NCBI GenBank assembly: GCA_025061985.1
Contig: JANXAW010000023.1
Span: forward strand, 13,168-77,167
Source: Fimbriimonadales bacterium
GTDB lineage: Bacteria > Armatimonadota > Fimbriimonadia > Fimbriimonadales > GBS-DC
Length of the DNA stretch: 64,000 nt
Direction of reading: 5' to 3'
Notes under the pieces: model-generated
The model's database searches: none
What the model was told of the DNA's origin: nothing
What the model saw: the letters and a program-made list of their open reading frames with translations, nothing else
Shown: one piece after another, positions 55,135 to 63,474 of the stretch
Layout of the letters: each line of letters starts with the position of its first letter
Numbering within the stretch: position 1 is the stretch's first letter
Translations under genes and position numbers: made by a program

Positions 55135-55634
55135 TAAAGCGTTTCGGGAATGGCTCGGTCAATGAACAGGATGCCGTCTAAGTGGTCAATCTCGTGCAGG
55201 GCGATGCGAGCGGCGTCGCCCTCTAAGGTCAGGCGGATGGGCTTGCCATGGCGGTTGAGACCGCGCACCACAATCTGCTTAGCACGCTTGACTTGCCCGA
55301 ACAACTGAGGGATGCTCAGGCAGCCTTCCAGCCCTATCTGCTCGCCCGCGCGCTCCAGCACTTGTGGGTTGATAATCACGCGCGGGGGTTGGTCTTCAGG
55401 CGCGATGATAATCAGTCGCTGCGACACGCCTACCTGCGGCGCTGCCAACCCCACCCCGTTCGCACGCTTCATCACGAGCATCATGTACTCAATTAGCTCG
55501 TGCAGTTCGGGTGTGATGCGTTGCACGGGCTTGGCGACTTTGCGCAAGAAAGGGTCTGGATACTTGACCAACCCATCCGCCCGTTCAAAGTAGATACGGA
55601 ACTCCTCAGGGATCTCAATCTCGCGCAGCTTCAT
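55092..55634 (-). CDS. def: peptide deformylase
   Basis: Contains GVGLAAPQVG, EGCLSIP and HEIDHLDG. Confidence 0.9.
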   Translation of the reverse strand: MKLREIEIPEEFRIYFERADGLVKYPDPFLRKVAKPVQRITPELHELIEYMMLVMKRANGVGLAAPQVGVSQRLIIIAPEDQPPRVIINPQVLERAGEQIGLEGCLSIPQLFGQVKRAKQIVVRGLNRHGKPIRLTLEGDAARIALHEIDHLDGILFIDRAIPETLYWEHPRTEHEEEVI

Positions 55635-55645
55635 TGCTAACGGCG

Positions 55646-55651
55646 ATTATA
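55646..55651 (-). promoter_or_regulatory. -10 box TATAAT, 11 nt upstream of def ATG
   Basis: A perfect hexamer on the minus strand, with no SD. Confidence 0.45.
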
Positions 55652-55736
55652 CCTTATTGCCCTTGAGCTACTTTTTCGGTTTTCTGCGTGCGCAAGGGGA
55701 GCCGAGCCTGGCTTGCTGGCTTCTCAAGGAAGAGCA

Positions 55737-57137
55737 TTACTTGCTCTTGAGCGCAGCGATGATTTGTTGCACCCCCTCGCGGGCATCGGCAAACAGCATT
55801 AGCGTGTTATCGGCAGCGAACAGCGGGTTGGGAATCCCTGCGAAGCCCGGGCTGAGACTGCGCTTGATGACTACTACGCTGCGTGCTTTATCCACATCCA
55901 AAATGGGCATGCCTGCGATAGGGCTGTTTGGATCGGTACGCGCTAAGGGATTGACCACATCGTTGGCACCGATGACGATTGCCACATCCACTTGCTCAAA
56001 GCGTGGGTTGATTTCGTCCATTTCCTTGAGGCGGTCGTAGGGCACATCGGCTTCGGCAAGTAGCACGTTCATGTGCCCTGGCATCCGCCCTGCCACGGGG
56101 TGAATGGCGAACTCTACGCGCGTGCCTTGCCGTTCCAACAGCTGCATCAGGTCGCGCACGGCGTGTTGCGCTTGGGCAACTGCCATCCCATAGCCGGGCA
56201 CAATCACCACATAGCGTGCCCCTTCCAGCAGCAGCGCCACCTCCTCAGGCGAGGCGGCTTTCACTTTGCCTGCGTAAATATCTTCTGCCTTTGGCCCCGC
56301 TTCGGCGGGCACCCACACTCCAAACAGCACGTTGCGCAGCGGGCGGTTCATCGCACGGCACATAATCGTGGTTAGGATAATCCCCGACGCGCCTACCAGC
56401 GACCCCGTAATGATGAGCGCGTTGTTGTTTAGCACAAAACCTGTGGCTGCCGCTGCTAGCCCAGAGTAGGAGTTCAGCAAAGCGATCACCACGGGCATGT
56501 CGGCGCCTCCGATCGGGATCACCAGCAACAAGCCCACCAGCGAAGCAACTGCCAGCAGCGCCCAATAGTAGCCTAACTGCACAGGATTGAGCGCAAGCAG
56601 CACCCCCAACCCAATTGCCCCCAGCAGTAAGACGCCGTTGATGTAATGCAGAAAGGTAACCTGCAGCGGATTTTCGCTAACTAGACCTTGTAGTTTCGCA
56701 AATGCCACCAGGCTTCCCCAAAAGGTCAGAGCACCAATCAGCCCCGAGGCAGCAGCAGCGATTACTAGCTGCGTCAGCGGAGCGGGAAGCTTTGCTTCGG
56801 GAAGCGTGCTCTCCACCAAGCTTGCGCCCGCCACCAAGGCAGAGGCAGCACCACCGAACCCGTTCAAGAGCGCGACCATCTGGGGCATTGCGGTCATCGC
56901 CACGCGCTGCGCCATCACCGCACCAATCAGTGAACCCACCACCAACCCTGCGATGATCCACTCATAACTTAGTATCTGGCGATCCAGCAGCGTGGCAACG
57001 ATCGCAATCAGCATGCCAGTCGCGCCCATCAAATTGCCTCGCACGGCAGTGCGAGGGTGCGACAGCCCTTTTAAGCCGAAGATGAACAGCGCTACCGCCA
57101 GCAAATACGCCAAGTTGATGATCGCTTCAGTGCTCAT
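55737..57137 (-). CDS. pntB: NAD(P) transhydrogenase subunit beta
   Basis: Polytopic N-half plus a C-terminal dIII domain (VVIVPGYGMAVAQAQH, FAIHPVAGRMPGHMNVLLAEA, IGANDVVNP). Start is M15 (57137) or M13 (57143). There is no pntA in the window. Confidence 0.9.
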   Translation of the reverse strand: MSTEAIINLAYLLAVALFIFGLKGLSHPRTAVRGNLMGATGMLIAIVATLLDRQILSYEWIIAGLVVGSLIGAVMAQRVAMTAMPQMVALLNGFGGAASALVAGASLVESTLPEAKLPAPLTQLVIAAAASGLIGALTFWGSLVAFAKLQGLVSENPLQVTFLHYINGVLLLGAIGLGVLLALNPVQLGYYWALLAVASLVGLLLVIPIGGADMPVVIALLNSYSGLAAAATGFVLNNNALIITGSLVGASGIILTTIMCRAMNRPLRNVLFGVWVPAEAGPKAEDIYAGKVKAASPEEVALLLEGARYVVIVPGYGMAVAQAQHAVRDLMQLLERQGTRVEFAIHPVAGRMPGHMNVLLAEADVPYDRLKEMDEINPRFEQVDVAIVIGANDVVNPLARTDPNSPIAGMPILDVDKARSVVVIKRSLSPGFAGIPNPLFAADNTLMLFADAREGVQQIIAALKSK

Positions 57138-57174
57138 CGGCATAAAGTGTACCTGCAGCGACGCCGTGCTTAGG

Positions 57175-57180
57175 TACAAT
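57175..57180 (+). promoter_or_regulatory. -10-like box TACAAT, 8 nt upstream of the C-N hydrolase ATG
   Basis: No SD. It lies in the 45-51 nt divergent spacer shared with pntB. Confidence 0.45.
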
Positions 57181-57188
57181 TTCGCGCA

Positions 57189-58094
57189 ATGGCGCGGGTT
57201 ACTTTGATTGCTGTTCAGATGGGCTACCGCTTGGTGGATTATCGAAGCGCGGAAGCATTTCGGGAGCGGATCTTGGGGTTGGTGCGCGAGGTGCGCAACA
57301 CTGCCCCTGTTGGCGAGCTGATCGTGGTCTTTCCTGAGGATGTGGGGTTAGGGCTTGTCTTCACGCAAGACTTCGAGCGCATTCAAACCAGCAAAACGAT
57401 GGTGGAGGCGGGGTTGCGCCTAATGGAGCGGTATCGCATCAACCCGCTCACGCTGGAGGGCGGCTTTCCCGCGGCGGTACGCGCGCTTTTACGCACACTT
57501 AGCCCATTCATAGAGCGCACCTACCACGAGGTGTTTGCCGAAGCGGCGCGAACTGCACGCGCCTGGATCGTGGCGGGGAGTGCCCCAATTGCTCAAAATG
57601 AGTGCGTATACAACACCACCTACGTATACAACCCTGCAGGCGAGCGCGTGTTAGTCCAGCGCAAGATCAACTTGGTGGACTTGGAGCGCGAGGTGGGGCT
57701 AAACCTTTGTCCTGCGCCTTGCGAGTTGCCCGCCGTGTTCACCCCTGCAGGTAAGTTGGGCGTGCTTATCTGCTTGGACGGTTTCCAGCACGAACTGATC
57801 GACCAGCATGCTAAGCAGGGAGTGCGGATACTGGCGATGCCCTCATATAACCCGCTACCATGGACCAAGGAGGAGGCGCAGGGTTGGGAAGGGGGCTTGT
57901 TAGCGGGCGTCCAGCGACATCCGCAGATGGTTGGGATCAACCCGATGGGTGTCGGAGGCTTTTTTGATGTACAAGCGGAGGGGCAGTCCTCCATCGTAGC
58001 CGCGCGCCGCCGCACCCCAGACGGCACAGGCTACCTCGCTCGCGCTAAGACTAAGGACCAAGAGGAGATAGTGGCTTACGCCTTGAAGGCATAA
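57189..58094 (+). CDS. carbon-nitrogen hydrolase (nitrilase superfamily) protein
   Basis: Putative E-K-C triad contexts are VVFPED, QRKINLV and VLICLDG. The ATG lies 8 nt after TACAAT and there is no SD. Confidence 0.65.
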   Translation: MARVTLIAVQMGYRLVDYRSAEAFRERILGLVREVRNTAPVGELIVVFPEDVGLGLVFTQDFERIQTSKTMVEAGLRLMERYRINPLTLEGGFPAAVRALLRTLSPFIERTYHEVFAEAARTARAWIVAGSAPIAQNECVYNTTYVYNPAGERVLVQRKINLVDLEREVGLNLCPAPCELPAVFTPAGKLGVLICLDGFQHELIDQHAKQGVRILAMPSYNPLPWTKEEAQGWEGGLLAGVQRHPQMVGINPMGVGGFFDVQAEGQSSIVAARRRTPDGTGYLARAKTKDQEEIVAYALKA

Positions 58095-58095
58095 C

Positions 58096-59382
58096 CTAAG
58101 CGGGTGCGGTTTCTGCCGCGCCAGAGCTCGCCCCGCCGTCTATGGTGGCTGGCAAGCGCACGCGGAAGGTGCTTCCTACGCGGTACTCGCTTTCCACTTC
58201 CACAGTGCCGCCGTGGGCTTCCACGATGTGCTTGACGATCGCCAATCCCAGCCCTGTGCCACCTGTCGCTCGCGAGCGCGTCTTATCCACGCGGTAGAAC
58301 CGCTCAAAAATCCGCGGCAGCGCCTCACTGGGGATGCCGATACCCGTGTCTTCCACCTCAATCACCGCCTGATCCTCTTGCAAATAAGAGCGCACAATGA
58401 CACGCCCATTCGGCTTATTGTAGCGAATAGCGTTGCTTAGCAGGTTCAGCACTACTTGCAAGATTTGATCGCGGTTAGCAAACAGTTTGAGGGGTTGTAG
58501 TTCCGCCTGCATGTGCACCTGGTGGCGTTGCGCCTCAGCTGCCATCTCTTGCATCGCTTGCTGAATAAGCGGCTCAAGGTCAAAGACCTCTTTCTCTGGC
58601 ACAGTGGACTCGACACGAGCAAGCGTTAGCAGGTCGTCCGCAATCCGTGTGAGACGGTCAGCTTCTTGAATGATAAGGCTTAGGAACCGCTGGCGTGTCT
58701 CTTGAGGCATTGAGGGGTCATCGTGGATGGTCTCTGCCAGCGAACGGATAGACGCTAGCGGCGTGCGAAACTCGTGCGACACGTTTGCTACAAAGTCGCG
58801 CCGCACCTGTTCTAAGCGAAGCAACTCGCTTTTGTCCAAAAGCGCGATCGCAAACAGGTGATGCGAGTCTGCTTCGCCCAAGTACCAGATGGTGACCTCC
58901 ACATGGCGCTCCTTCGGGAAGCTGAGGGTAACTTCGCCTGTCACGGTGGACATGCGGCGCGCGGCTTTGAGCATCAGCAAGTACAGGTCGTAACAGAAGG
59001 TGAGCGCTAGCAAGGACTTGCCTGTTATATAGCGGAAGCCAAACCACTCCAAGGCGACGCGGTTGACGTAGCGGAGCATCGCGTCTTCGTCGCAAATCAG
59101 CAACGGGATGGGCAATCCATCAATGAGGGCGAGGCGACGCCGCTGCTGGGCGGCAAGCTCAACGTTCAGTGATTCGAGCTGCTCATTCAGTTCATGCAGT
59201 TGTTGGCGCATTGCGCCCACTCGGTGGGCAAGACGATGCGCGAAGTAAATTGCAAGCAGCATACCCCCCAGCGCAGCAACCAGCAGCGCTTCGCGCCATG
59301 CCGATGGTAGCCTCGGCAGCGCCGTAAGCAGTAGCAGCCCTGCGCTCGCTAACAGCGACCAGGGCAGCCAGCGAGGGTTCAT
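58096..59382 (-). CDS. sensor histidine kinase (PhoR-like: 2 TM, PAS-like, HisKA, HATPase_c)
   Basis: Has H-box SHEFRTPL, N-box LLSNAIRYN, G-boxes DTGIGI and GGTGLGLAIV. Its start overlaps the response-regulator stop by 4 nt. Confidence 0.85.
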   Translation of the reverse strand: MNPRWLPWSLLASAGLLLLTALPRLPSAWREALLVAALGGMLLAIYFAHRLAHRVGAMRQQLHELNEQLESLNVELAAQQRRRLALIDGLPIPLLICDEDAMLRYVNRVALEWFGFRYITGKSLLALTFCYDLYLLMLKAARRMSTVTGEVTLSFPKERHVEVTIWYLGEADSHHLFAIALLDKSELLRLEQVRRDFVANVSHEFRTPLASIRSLAETIHDDPSMPQETRQRFLSLIIQEADRLTRIADDLLTLARVESTVPEKEVFDLEPLIQQAMQEMAAEAQRHQVHMQAELQPLKLFANRDQILQVVLNLLSNAIRYNKPNGRVIVRSYLQEDQAVIEVEDTGIGIPSEALPRIFERFYRVDKTRSRATGGTGLGLAIVKHIVEAHGGTVEVESEYRVGSTFRVRLPATIDGGASSGAAETAPA

Positions 59383-60098
59383 TTCTCCAGACGGTAGCCG
59401 CTCCCGCGCACAGTCTGAATGTAGCGAGGGCGATGTGGGTCTGGCTCGATCTTCATTCGCAACCAGCGGATGTGAACGTCAACAGTGCGTGGGCTAACGT
59501 ACGTTCCCAGCCCCCATATGTGGTCAAGCAGTTGGTCGCGAGTGAACACCTTGCCTGGGTGAGTTGCCAGTAGTGTCAGCAGGGCATACTCTTTGGGCGT
59601 CATCGGCACTTCCACACCGCCTTTATACACGCGACGCGCTTCCAAGTCTATCTCAATGTCGCCGAAGTGGATGCGGGCGGGCGGAGGTGGCTGAACGCGC
59701 CGTAGGATGGAGCGAATGCGCGCGATCAGCTCTGCCACGCTAAACGGCTTTACGATATAGTCGTCCGCCCCCAGTTCAAAACCGCGGATTTTGTCTTCTT
59801 CAGCAGCACGGGCTGTCAAGAACAACACAGGCGTTTGACTATGCTGACGGATGAGGCGACACAGGTCAAACCCACTCCGCCCAGGCAACATCACATCCAA
59901 AATCACCAAGTGGGGCTTGTGCTGATGGAACAGGCGGAGCGCTTCTTCTGCCGTGTGAGCTACCAACACGTGCAAGCGCTCACGCTGAAGGTTGTATTGT
60001 AGTGTCTCACACAGCACAGGGTCATCCTCCACCAGCAGAACGCGCGTGGTCTCGCCTGAGGGCACCTCCTTCTGCGGTGCTACTGTGTGCGCACCCAT
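59379..60098 (-). CDS. OmpR/PhoB-family response regulator
   Basis: Receiver domain motifs are LLVEDD, LVILDVMLPG and DDYIVKPF. The winged-helix output domain has VDVHIRWLRMKIE..IQTVRGSGYRL. Confidence 0.9.
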   Translation of the reverse strand: MGAHTVAPQKEVPSGETTRVLLVEDDPVLCETLQYNLQRERLHVLVAHTAEEALRLFHQHKPHLVILDVMLPGRSGFDLCRLIRQHSQTPVLFLTARAAEEDKIRGFELGADDYIVKPFSVAELIARIRSILRRVQPPPPARIHFGDIEIDLEARRVYKGGVEVPMTPKEYALLTLLATHPGKVFTRDQLLDHIWGLGTYVSPRTVDVHIRWLRMKIEPDPHRPRYIQTVRGSGYRLEK

Positions 60099-60100
60099 GC

Positions 60101-61231
60101 CTACTCCTCCGTGATAATCTCTACGTTAGCACGTGGCACCACAGCAATTGTACCGTCCTCAAGGCGGGCTTTGAGTACGCGGGCATAACTGCCCGATTCA
60201 AGCTCCACCAGTTCGGGAGGCAGCTCCACTACAGTGCCAATTCGCCCAAAGTATGGGGCGCGAATGATACGGACAATGCTGCCTACCTCTAAGGTTTGCG
60301 CTTCTCGCGCGGGCGGTGACTCAGGTAAGTCGCTCACATCCTCCAAGGGCACCACGAGTTCGGGACGGATAACCCCTGCGCGGATTTGGGTGGCGCCGTT
60401 GATGGAAGCCTGTTTACCGTCCAAGCTTTTGAGCAGGCGGAAGGTGCGCGTCGCCATGCGAATCGTGCCGAAACCCTCGGTGAGGATTATCGTGAGAGGG
60501 ATTTCTTCCGAGCCGGTGATTGCAACGCCGATGTCGCGCCCGAGGTAGCGAACCAAGTCGGTGTCACGGATGCCCCCAACTACGATGCCAACTGCGCCTA
60601 GTTCTGCTGCCCGCTGGATGGCGTCTGCTTCTACAGCAGCGCCTCCTACTAACACTTGCCCCGCTACATCAGAGGGAATGTGTTGAGCCGTAAGGGGCTC
60701 GTCGGGGGTGTCGACCAACACGCGCAAGGTACCGCGCCGCTCCCCTCCAACGCCGAAAATGCCTTGGATTAGCGCACCTCGCGTTTCAACCACTGCCCCC
60801 TCTTGGGGCAGAATCTTCACCACGCGCCCTTGCACATAGGCGTTGACGTCGATCACCGTAGGTGGCTGACGCACGCCCACATGCCCTGTCACGTCTGAAA
60901 TCAGCTCCACCGTGCCTGCTACGGGCGACTTACACACGCCTCGGAACAACCCAAATAGCCCCTTAGTCTCTGCGATGACTTGATCCTTCTCTACGGCATC
61001 GCCCTCCTTGACCTTCAGGACGTTGCGGATTTGCTTGGGTTCAATCCCTAGCGTTTGGGCTACGCGCACGGTGTGCAAGATGCCGGGCAGTAGCGCACGC
61101 GCCACAACTGTGTCGGGCTGAACAAAATCGCCTTCGCGTACCAACACCTCGCCCTTGATGGGCAGTCGGCGCGTCTTTAGAATAATCGTGTTTGCACTTA
61201 CGGTCAGTCCAGGGGTATATGCTGTTCCCAT
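60101..61231 (-). CDS. conserved-looking hypothetical protein (barrel-sandwich/lipoyl-like motifs N-terminal, KOW/SH3-like C-terminus)
   Basis: Two GD.V....VIA-type hybrid motifs are present (VREGDFVQPDTVVARA; VKEGDAVEKDQVIAE..SPVAGTVELI). The C-terminus is VGSIVRIIRAPYFGRIGTVVEL. I cannot name a family. SD GAGGTG lies upstream. Confidence 0.45.
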   Translation of the reverse strand: MGTAYTPGLTVSANTIILKTRRLPIKGEVLVREGDFVQPDTVVARALLPGILHTVRVAQTLGIEPKQIRNVLKVKEGDAVEKDQVIAETKGLFGLFRGVCKSPVAGTVELISDVTGHVGVRQPPTVIDVNAYVQGRVVKILPQEGAVVETRGALIQGIFGVGGERRGTLRVLVDTPDEPLTAQHIPSDVAGQVLVGGAAVEADAIQRAAELGAVGIVVGGIRDTDLVRYLGRDIGVAITGSEEIPLTIILTEGFGTIRMATRTFRLLKSLDGKQASINGATQIRAGVIRPELVVPLEDVSDLPESPPAREAQTLEVGSIVRIIRAPYFGRIGTVVELPPELVELESGSYARVLKARLEDGTIAVVPRANVEIITEE

Positions 61232-61254
61232 CGCACCTCGTCTCCTGTAGCGTT

Positions 61255-62052
61255 TTAGCGAGTTTCAAAGCGCAATGCTTGGCGTTGGCGACGCCGCGCG
61301 ATCCACGCCACTAGCGCAACACTCAAAAAGTACAAAAACACCATCGGTAGCCCGATTGCGACCATTGAGAAAGCGTCGCCCGAAGGGGTCAAAAGTGCCG
61401 ACAGCAACCCGATTATCAAAATCGCGTAGCGCCAGTGGCGCCACATCGCCTCGGGCGTAACGATGCCCACGTGGGCTAAAAATACCAGCACCACGGGTGT
61501 TTGGAAGCCCAGCCCAAAGGCGAACATCATTTTCACGACGAACATAATGTATTGTGCAGGATTTTGCAACAGCTGTGCGTCGGGATAGTCATCTAAATAG
61601 CTGAGAAAGAACCTGAATGCGGCAGGCAGGATATAGTAGCCCAGCGCCACGCCTCCAAAAAACAGGCAGAGGCTAAACGGGGCGATTAGCTTTACGGCGC
61701 GTCGCTCTTGGCGGGTCAAGCCGGGCGCTACAAAGCCCCATACCTCGCCCATAATCAGGGGCATCACAAGGATAAGCCCTAAGATTAGGGCGAGTTTGAG
61801 TTTGAGAAAGAACGGTTCAGTGGCGTGGGTGAACACAAACTTTGTGCCTTCGGGCTTGATTTGCAGCAGGGGCGTGGCTAAAAAGTCGTAAACATACGGC
61901 GTCAGTGCAAAAGCAACGACCCAGCCCAGCATGATGTAAAGCAAGGCGCGGAAGATGCGTCGGCGTAGCTCTTCCAGATGCTCCATAAATGTCGCCTTCG
62001 GTTCATCTTCACACGCCTCAGGCGGTGGTGTGAGGTTTGCCGGGCTGGTCAT
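61255..62052 (-). CDS. tatC: twin-arginine translocase subunit TatC
   Basis: Contains FMEHLEELRRRI and six TM segments with the typical PLLQIKPEG.KFVFT loop. The alternative start M23 is at 61986. Confidence 0.9.
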   Translation of the reverse strand: MTSPANLTPPPEACEDEPKATFMEHLEELRRRIFRALLYIMLGWVVAFALTPYVYDFLATPLLQIKPEGTKFVFTHATEPFFLKLKLALILGLILVMPLIMGEVWGFVAPGLTRQERRAVKLIAPFSLCLFFGGVALGYYILPAAFRFFLSYLDDYPDAQLLQNPAQYIMFVVKMMFAFGLGFQTPVVLVFLAHVGIVTPEAMWRHWRYAILIIGLLSALLTPSGDAFSMVAIGLPMVFLYFLSVALVAWIARRRQRQALRFETR

Positions 62053-62058
62053 CGCCGA

Positions 62059-63405
62059 TTAGTAAATCCCAATGAGGCGCATGTCGATTTCGCTCACATA
62101 GCGGTTAATAATGTTGCGTGCGCCTGTTTGAACGGCGCCCCCACCGAAGCCGCTCCGCACTCCACCGCCAGGGGCACCAGGCACGCTGAGGCCACCCATC
62201 GCTGGACCGCGCATGCCGCGGGGAGTGCGTGGCTCGCCTTCTTCATCCGCGCCAAGGCCGCCCCGCCCGCCGAAGCTTGGCGGTGCAGCTCCCGGCGTGC
62301 CAAAGCCGCCCCCAAACTGCTCTTGGCGCGTTGTGCCCTCTAACTGAAACGTGGTCGTGACGCGAATAACCTGTCCGATATCGTAAGCGAAGTACACGAC
62401 TCGGCGAATAGTGCTTTTGGCTTTTTCCACTCGCAAATCGCCCAAATCAATCGGGCGGTCAATGTTGCCGGTAAACTCATAGACAATCTTTGCGCATTTA
62501 TAGCCTTGCTCCCACTCGAAGCGCTCCAGTCGTGCGGCGACGGGGATCTTCAGCCCGATTTTGTTGATGTCCCCCGACTCTAGCGGGTTGCTCAGCACGA
62601 TCACTGCCCCCCATCGATCGCCGGGCTTGTATCGTCGGGGCGGGAGAAGAGGTAAGTCAGCGGTCCACACGTAGTAGACCTCTTGCTGAACGCTTTCTGC
62701 TCCGCGCGACACTTGATACAGCACTCGCCCCGTGGTTTCAACCTCTTGGTAAACGGGCACCATCCGCTCGGACGTGATCGTGTTGACCTGGTTGGGTGTG
62801 ACCTCTATAGCTGGTGGGATCGGGGTCCACGAGATCAGCCCAAGGTTATTGCGAAAGTCTATCACATTCAGTTCCCCGCGGAAGGTAAGTTCCCTCAGCA
62901 GGGTCTCTTCTGGAACCAGCCCTGAGTATTGGATTTCGTTGACCTGTTTGACAACGCCTCGGACTTGGTAGCGATACGTTTTGCCAGGCGTCCAGTTGTA
63001 GCGTAGGAAAATGCCTCCCGCGGGCACTTTGATCTCGTTTTCGACGCGCACGCGCACTGAGCTGCGGGCTAAAATACGTGCGCGCCCGCCTTCAGGGCTC
63101 TGGTAGAGTGTAAGCTCGATGGTGTGCTCACCATCAGGCACGTTTAGCTTTTTCGTATCCCAGCGGTAGATGTAGTGCCCACGGTCGCGATCAATCCCCA
63201 GCGCCGAGGGGGCAACCGCCTCCACAAACTTGCCGTCGATGGTGACTCCAATGAACCCACCTGGTGGTACGCTACGGATGGGGAATCGTATCTGCACAAC
63301 TTCGCGCACGCGTGCCCCATCTTGCGGTCGCACAATCGTGAAGGGAGCCTGTGCGTAGACCAACGCGCTCCCTAACATCAGCAGCCCAATCGCCACACGC
63401 CTCAT
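62059..63405 (-). CDS. hypothetical secreted protein (Ig-like N-domain, beta-rich middle, Gly-rich C-terminal segment)
   Basis: Signal peptide is MRRVAIGLLMLGSALVYAQA. The Gly-rich tail is FGGGFGTPGAAPPSFGGRGGLG...GAPGGGVRSGFGGG. SD GGAGG and a TACAAT box lie upstream. Confidence 0.5.
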   Translation of the reverse strand: MRRVAIGLLMLGSALVYAQAPFTIVRPQDGARVREVVQIRFPIRSVPPGGFIGVTIDGKFVEAVAPSALGIDRDRGHYIYRWDTKKLNVPDGEHTIELTLYQSPEGGRARILARSSVRVRVENEIKVPAGGIFLRYNWTPGKTYRYQVRGVVKQVNEIQYSGLVPEETLLRELTFRGELNVIDFRNNLGLISWTPIPPAIEVTPNQVNTITSERMVPVYQEVETTGRVLYQVSRGAESVQQEVYYVWTADLPLLPPRRYKPGDRWGAVIVLSNPLESGDINKIGLKIPVAARLERFEWEQGYKCAKIVYEFTGNIDRPIDLGDLRVEKAKSTIRRVVYFAYDIGQVIRVTTTFQLEGTTRQEQFGGGFGTPGAAPPSFGGRGGLGADEEGEPRTPRGMRGPAMGGLSVPGAPGGGVRSGFGGGAVQTGARNIINRYVSEIDMRLIGIY

Positions 63406-63459
63406 TGTCGCCTCCGAGATGATTGTACCCCATCGTAAGCGTGATTCCTGCAGGTGGGG

Positions 63460-63465
63460 TATAAT
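63460..63465 (+). promoter_or_regulatory. -10 box TATAAT, 9 nt upstream of GTG 63475
   Basis: A perfect hexamer. The divergent TACAAT (63422-63427, minus strand) plus GGAGG serve the five-gene tatC-containing unit. Confidence 0.45.
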
Positions 63466-63474
63466 CCCGCCGTT

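Noticed and set aside
63346-63405. MRRVAIGLL N-terminus next to tatC as a Tat signal peptide
   Set aside because: The signal is short (20 aa), and the residues after RR do not fit the S/T-R-R-x-F-L-K consensus. It looks like an ordinary Sec signal.
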